From: Balanoglossus misakiensis
Lineage: Eukaryota > Animalia > Hemichordata
DNA length: 64,000 nt
Assembly: GCA_040954595.2 (NCBI GenBank)
Contig: CM082594.2
Span: 5,503,319-5,567,318 of the forward strand
Direction: 5' to 3'
Every line of letters begins with the position of its first letter. Within the stretch, counting starts at the first letter, position 1. A program made the position numbers and the translations under genes. Of the stretch, positions 59,558-64,000 are shown one piece after another. Under the pieces are notes generated by a model. The model saw nothing but the letters and a program-made list of their open reading frames with translations, was not told the origin of the DNA and did no database searches.

Positions 59558-59653
59558 TTAACCCTTTCACCCCTCATTCCCCTCTGGCGAGGTCCAGTAT
59601 TACCCTTGAGAACAATGGGAGTTGGAGCGAACCATTGGTTGTGAAAGGGCTAA
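59558..59653 (+). mobile_element. piggyBac-like MITE copy (diverged)
   Basis: TTAACCCTTTCACCCC..GAGGTCCAG..GAGAACAATGGGAGTTGGA..GTGAAAGGGCTAA. Confidence 0.7.
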
Positions 59654-61560
59654 TAGGCAGTGATGTCTTGAGTTATAAACCCCAAGCATGGTCTGTAATA
59701 AAAATAGAATTTCAGATGGCTTTGCCGAATTTGTATCAGTGCTACATCTTTGCTTGATAAAAGTTGCCCAAAGCTGGCGGCGTAGAGATTCCTTGCTTCA
59801 GTGGTGAACTGTATTGGCTGAGAATTGGTGCAAGTTGCGGGCATGCTCAGTTGGTATTCTTGCATGGCTTCTGCCATTGTCTAAGTCATTGTTTAAATAG
59901 AAAATTACCTGTCTATTAAGGACATAATTTCTGGTCCCAGAGGTGTCCTTAATAGATAGGTTTCACTATATGTTATCTTTTACTAGTTAATACCGGGTAT
60001 GACATGTCAGTGATAAAATTGGTAGTGGGTTAATTTAACTGCAGAAAAAGCCATTTTTTGTTTTAGTTTACTGGGATGAAAGATATGAAATTATATTCTG
60101 TATGTGCAGGTGTGGGACGAGATGAGGGGATATGAATGCATGGTTTGTATGCAGTCCAAGGTCCAGCATGGTCTTTAAAAAGCTTTGAGTCAGTTGCACC
60201 CAGCATCTATAAATATGGAGAGTTTTTTTGTCTCCCTGGTGACTTTGCTCAGTCAGTGGCATCTTGGCTGAAAGGGTACCCCACAGGCCAACATAAAAAC
60301 AGTGTAGTAGTGTGTCAATATATGTTCTCAACCTAGGAACACTTCAGAAGCCACAAGCTAACAAAGAGAAAAATGGTGCAGTTTATTAATATTAATACAA
60401 AAGCGGCTATACATACATATCATGGTTATTTACATTTGCAATAATCAAAGTATTTAAAATCAGATGTCTAAGTGAAAATCTATAATGCTTGAAAGGATCT
60501 GTTTTTTCATGATCAGTGAAAATAAAAAAAATTGCTGCACACAAGAACTTTAAGAAGGACAATCAAATGGGTAGCTGTATGCTAATGAATTATTAACATA
60601 CGGTGACCTCATTATGTCAGTCCCCGACTCACCTGAGATGGCGGTCACCTATTTGTGTCATAAGTCAAAGATTGGCCGTATTAAAAGTGTCACAACTGCA
60701 TGGAGGCTTTCATGTATTCTTCAGTGGAAACCAGGTCAAAAGTTCTGATTGCCCTAAATTATTGCGGCACATGGCACATTGTTCATTTGTATGTGTGCGT
60801 AGCGTAGCCTTTCCGATATGAACGACTCTTGTTGTGGTTCAACATTAAATGGTGGAAAGTCATGCTGATTCTTTGCGCAAATTTCAGAATTTACTTAAAT
60901 ATGTTTCTTTGTATGTCAGACACATTATCTAATAGTTTTGTCTGGCAGTGAAGAGCGTAGGCAACCAAACCTAATGAAAATAGTCAGTGTACAATACCAT
61001 CAAAAATCCGGGATTTTTGGAATAGACATCAGCTTACATTGACGCACTGAAATTTACAATCGCATTTTTTCCCAAAAATGGCAAGATGCTTTCTTAACTG
61101 CTGGCGAGGTTCGGTAATATATTTGTTGACTTTTTGCTCTTGAAAATTTTCATTGGGAGTGGAGAGGTTGAGGTCACACCGAAGGGTTTCGTTCATCCCA
61201 TGTTGACAAAGCACTAATTCGAAAGGGTCAAAGCTCTGTTGCTAAGAAACGGTCTTTTGTCGCAAATCCGTCTAATAAACTCTGAACTCCACCATGCACA
61301 GTCATTGCTGACTCTTCAAATTCTGTATGTTAGATTCGTGTGGATGATTGACTGACAGTTTCAGGAGGAAATTGAGGAATTTTTTGTATTCAGACTTAAA
61401 TTTTCCAGTCAAAGTTATAGAAAATGTGAAATTTGCATAGTATGTAAATGAGGCTTTGAGCAGACTACTAAATTATTCTCCCCAAATACAGTTTTTTGTT
61501 TTGTAAATTTTAATAAGTATGATCATGTGCACTAGTATACATTGACATTCCATAGACCTA

Positions 61561-61642
61561 TAACCCTTTCACCACCATGGTTTGGTCCAAATCCATTGTT
61601 TTCTTTGGTAAAGTTGGACTTCTGAAGAGGGAAGTGGGGGTG
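61561..61642 (-). mobile_element. piggyBac-like MITE copy, reverse orientation, one end eroded
   Basis: TAACCCTTTCACCACCATGGTTTGGTCCAAATCCATTGTTTTC..GTTGGAC..GGGGGTG. Confidence 0.7.
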
Positions 61643-64000
61643 TAATAAGTACCATCATTGTTGAGTAGTTTCCTTGTATGATTGAAACCCTACATCCTGA
61701 TAGAGGACGTGAGGAAGACATCTCTTGAGAGACATCACTGTGCTCAACAGGCAAAACCATCTGACAGTCCGTAATGCACTGCTGTTGGGACATATGGTGG
61801 CTTGTTGAGTGCAGCTTGGCGTTGCAACTACACGGTTTCGTGACAGTTGACAGCTGTGCACACCAATGGTTGATACAAGCACAGTTTGCAGTGTTTTTTT
61901 CACAATGACTGACATTATTATTCATTTTACATATGGTATGAGCAGAAAAAAAATATGCTCAGTGTGCAAAACAACATCTTGCCATCTTGTTTGAAAGAAC
62001 TCTGGAATGTGATAATGTGATAATGAAATGACTTTTACTTTTTTTCATTCATATGCTAGAGTTTTAGCAGATGAACCTTAATGTTAAGATTTTGAATTGT
62101 TGGGAAATAGGCAATACTTCTACAGGTGTGGTGTCACCAAAGATAGCCCCCCCCCCCATCCCATTCTCAAGTCACTTTTGAAATGGCAGTCGTAGCCAAG
62201 AGCATCACTGTTGTCCTCCGTGCATCAATCATTCCCGAAAGAACCGGCTGTGACGGAAGTCGGCGCTTCTGTCCCCTCCGCGACCGGACCGTTCATCATT
62301 TGAACTTCTGTCGCCAGGTATCTCGCTATTAATCAACTCTGATAATTACCGGTTTGGAGATGCTGGTTTAATCTGCGTGAAGAGGCTTGAACAAATAAAC
62401 CCCCTCCTCCCATTAGGGTTCAGGAAACACTTTTCATTAAGTGCTCTTTTTTGGTGGGGGGGGGGGGAGAGAAAGGATGAGATGCTGGATGCATGCACTG
62501 ATGAAAATCATCTCTTTATGATTTGATGCAGATTTGAAAATCAAGTGACTGAATTTTCCGGGGTTATTAACGATTTCAAGTGCCAGCGAAAGAAAGCGGT
62601 TGAAAAAAGTTACACCTGTTAAGGATGAGTGATTTCAAAGCTTGTCTGACTGTCTGAAGCCTTCTCCATTCCACGAGAGGGCCTGACTGTCTCATTAATT
62701 TGTAATATCTCTTAGAAAGTAAATCACACTTGGCATGTTTTAACAGGCCTGTGTGCCAGAAGTTTAGGCCTTCCTGGATTTCGAACCAATTTCAACGGAC
62801 TTGGCAGTTACGGATATATTAAATTTGCCTTGCTGCAATTTGACCGACAGTTTTGTTTTAAATTTGCTCAGATTTATAAAAGTGCCAAACCCAAAACAGT
62901 CTGTATTATGTCATATATTTTGTTGTAAATAAAAAAAAAAACATTTTTGAAATACATGTACTCCGCAAAATGAACACTTGAGAATTGGAATGCAAGCCCT
63001 TTCTTAGTCTCACACCTGTGTGTTTAGATCAATTTACTGTTTGTTGCGTTGAGCAAAACAGGGCTTCTTTGGAAAATAACGTATGGAAATCTGGGGACAC
63101 ACGACATTGTTATCTCAATGTCAAATAAATACATCAATTACACTCAAGGGGTTTGACTGTGACCTTGCTGAACGCCAGGTGTTAGTCAGTTGTTCACCCC
63201 GTAATTACTGTCAACAAATTCCCTCCTTCCCAAACCAAAGGTGTGGTCTCTCCACAATTCGGGTTGGAACATCTTCATTGCCACTGTTGGCGTGCTTCTA
63301 GGCATATCTCCACCAGTACTGTCCCCAATACTAGTACTTTTGTGCTGTTTTTGAATCAGCATGTACCAGTACTTCTTACAAAGCTTCACCCCAGGGAAGT
63401 ACTCCCCCACCCCTCCCCTTCCCCTCCCCTGTCCCAAAGTGTTCCGAATACAAGGTTCCCCCCAACTCTGAACTGGTCACACACACTCAAAGCTAACCCC
63501 GTGCCTTAACACCGTCACATGGGAAAACGGTTTTACGTTCATCACCACTTAAGTGAAAGTATACATTTGTAAAGAAGCCCACACTCTGTCGTCAGTTTCG
63601 CTTCTCTGAGCAGCAGAATACTTCAAAAGAATTTATCCATGCATGATCACTCATGTAGCGGATCAAATTTTTTTCGTTTGGCTACATCAAGTGTAAAATT
63701 AGCGCCTTTCCGGTAACCCATAACTTGTGGCCTACTTTCTATAGAAACGAGTACCAGCCCGGTCCGCAAAAGAGCTGGGTTGGGGTGTAATTGCCAACTT
63801 CTGAAATAATCATCATATTTTCTGCAGCCGAGAATAGGATGTCCATGCACGTGGTGTGTGCCTGGCCCGGCAGTGGTCAATTTTTCTAATCATAGTTCAA
63901 TATCCCAGTTGTGGTGTGGAAGGTAAAAGTGATCCATGGTAGGGGTTTGCACAACCGTGAATCATCAAATCTGTTAGTAGTGACGTCTGTTGGCTGACTA

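Noticed and set aside
60067-60109. AG/GT-bounded 43 nt segment as second exon of the gene starting at 58054
   Set aside because: In the required phase it hits TGA after three codons.

Overview
Eukaryotic, intron-rich animal genomic DNA. Gene content and repeats suggest an invertebrate, plausibly a deuterostome such as a hemichordate, but the species cannot be fixed from sequence alone. Four complete spliced genes were reconstructed by hand from GT-AG junctions with consistent phases. (1) A TRPM2 channel on the minus strand (CDS 4121-19631, 32 core exons plus 2 candidate optional exons, up to about 1644 aa) with an invertebrate-type Nudix box (AEFSEE) and an ancestral YGELFLEE pore. (2) A two-exon Gbx homeobox gene (minus, 38085-39399) inside a roughly 26 kb gene-free, CpG-retaining region bracketed by CTCF-like motifs. 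(3) TEX9 (plus, 47188-52513). (4) CDV3 (minus, 55304-57330), head-to-head with an unidentified gene whose first coding exon is at 58054-58139. Several non-autonomous DNA-transposon families (a TTAA-flanked piggyBac-like MITE in 7 copies, TA-flanked MITEs, a 1.2 kb TIR element, a double foldback element) and microsatellites are present. There are no prokaryotic features. I found no clearly novel biological system. The best leads are the probably catalytic TRPM2 chanzyme with a candidate microexon and cassette exon, and the Gbx regulatory domain.
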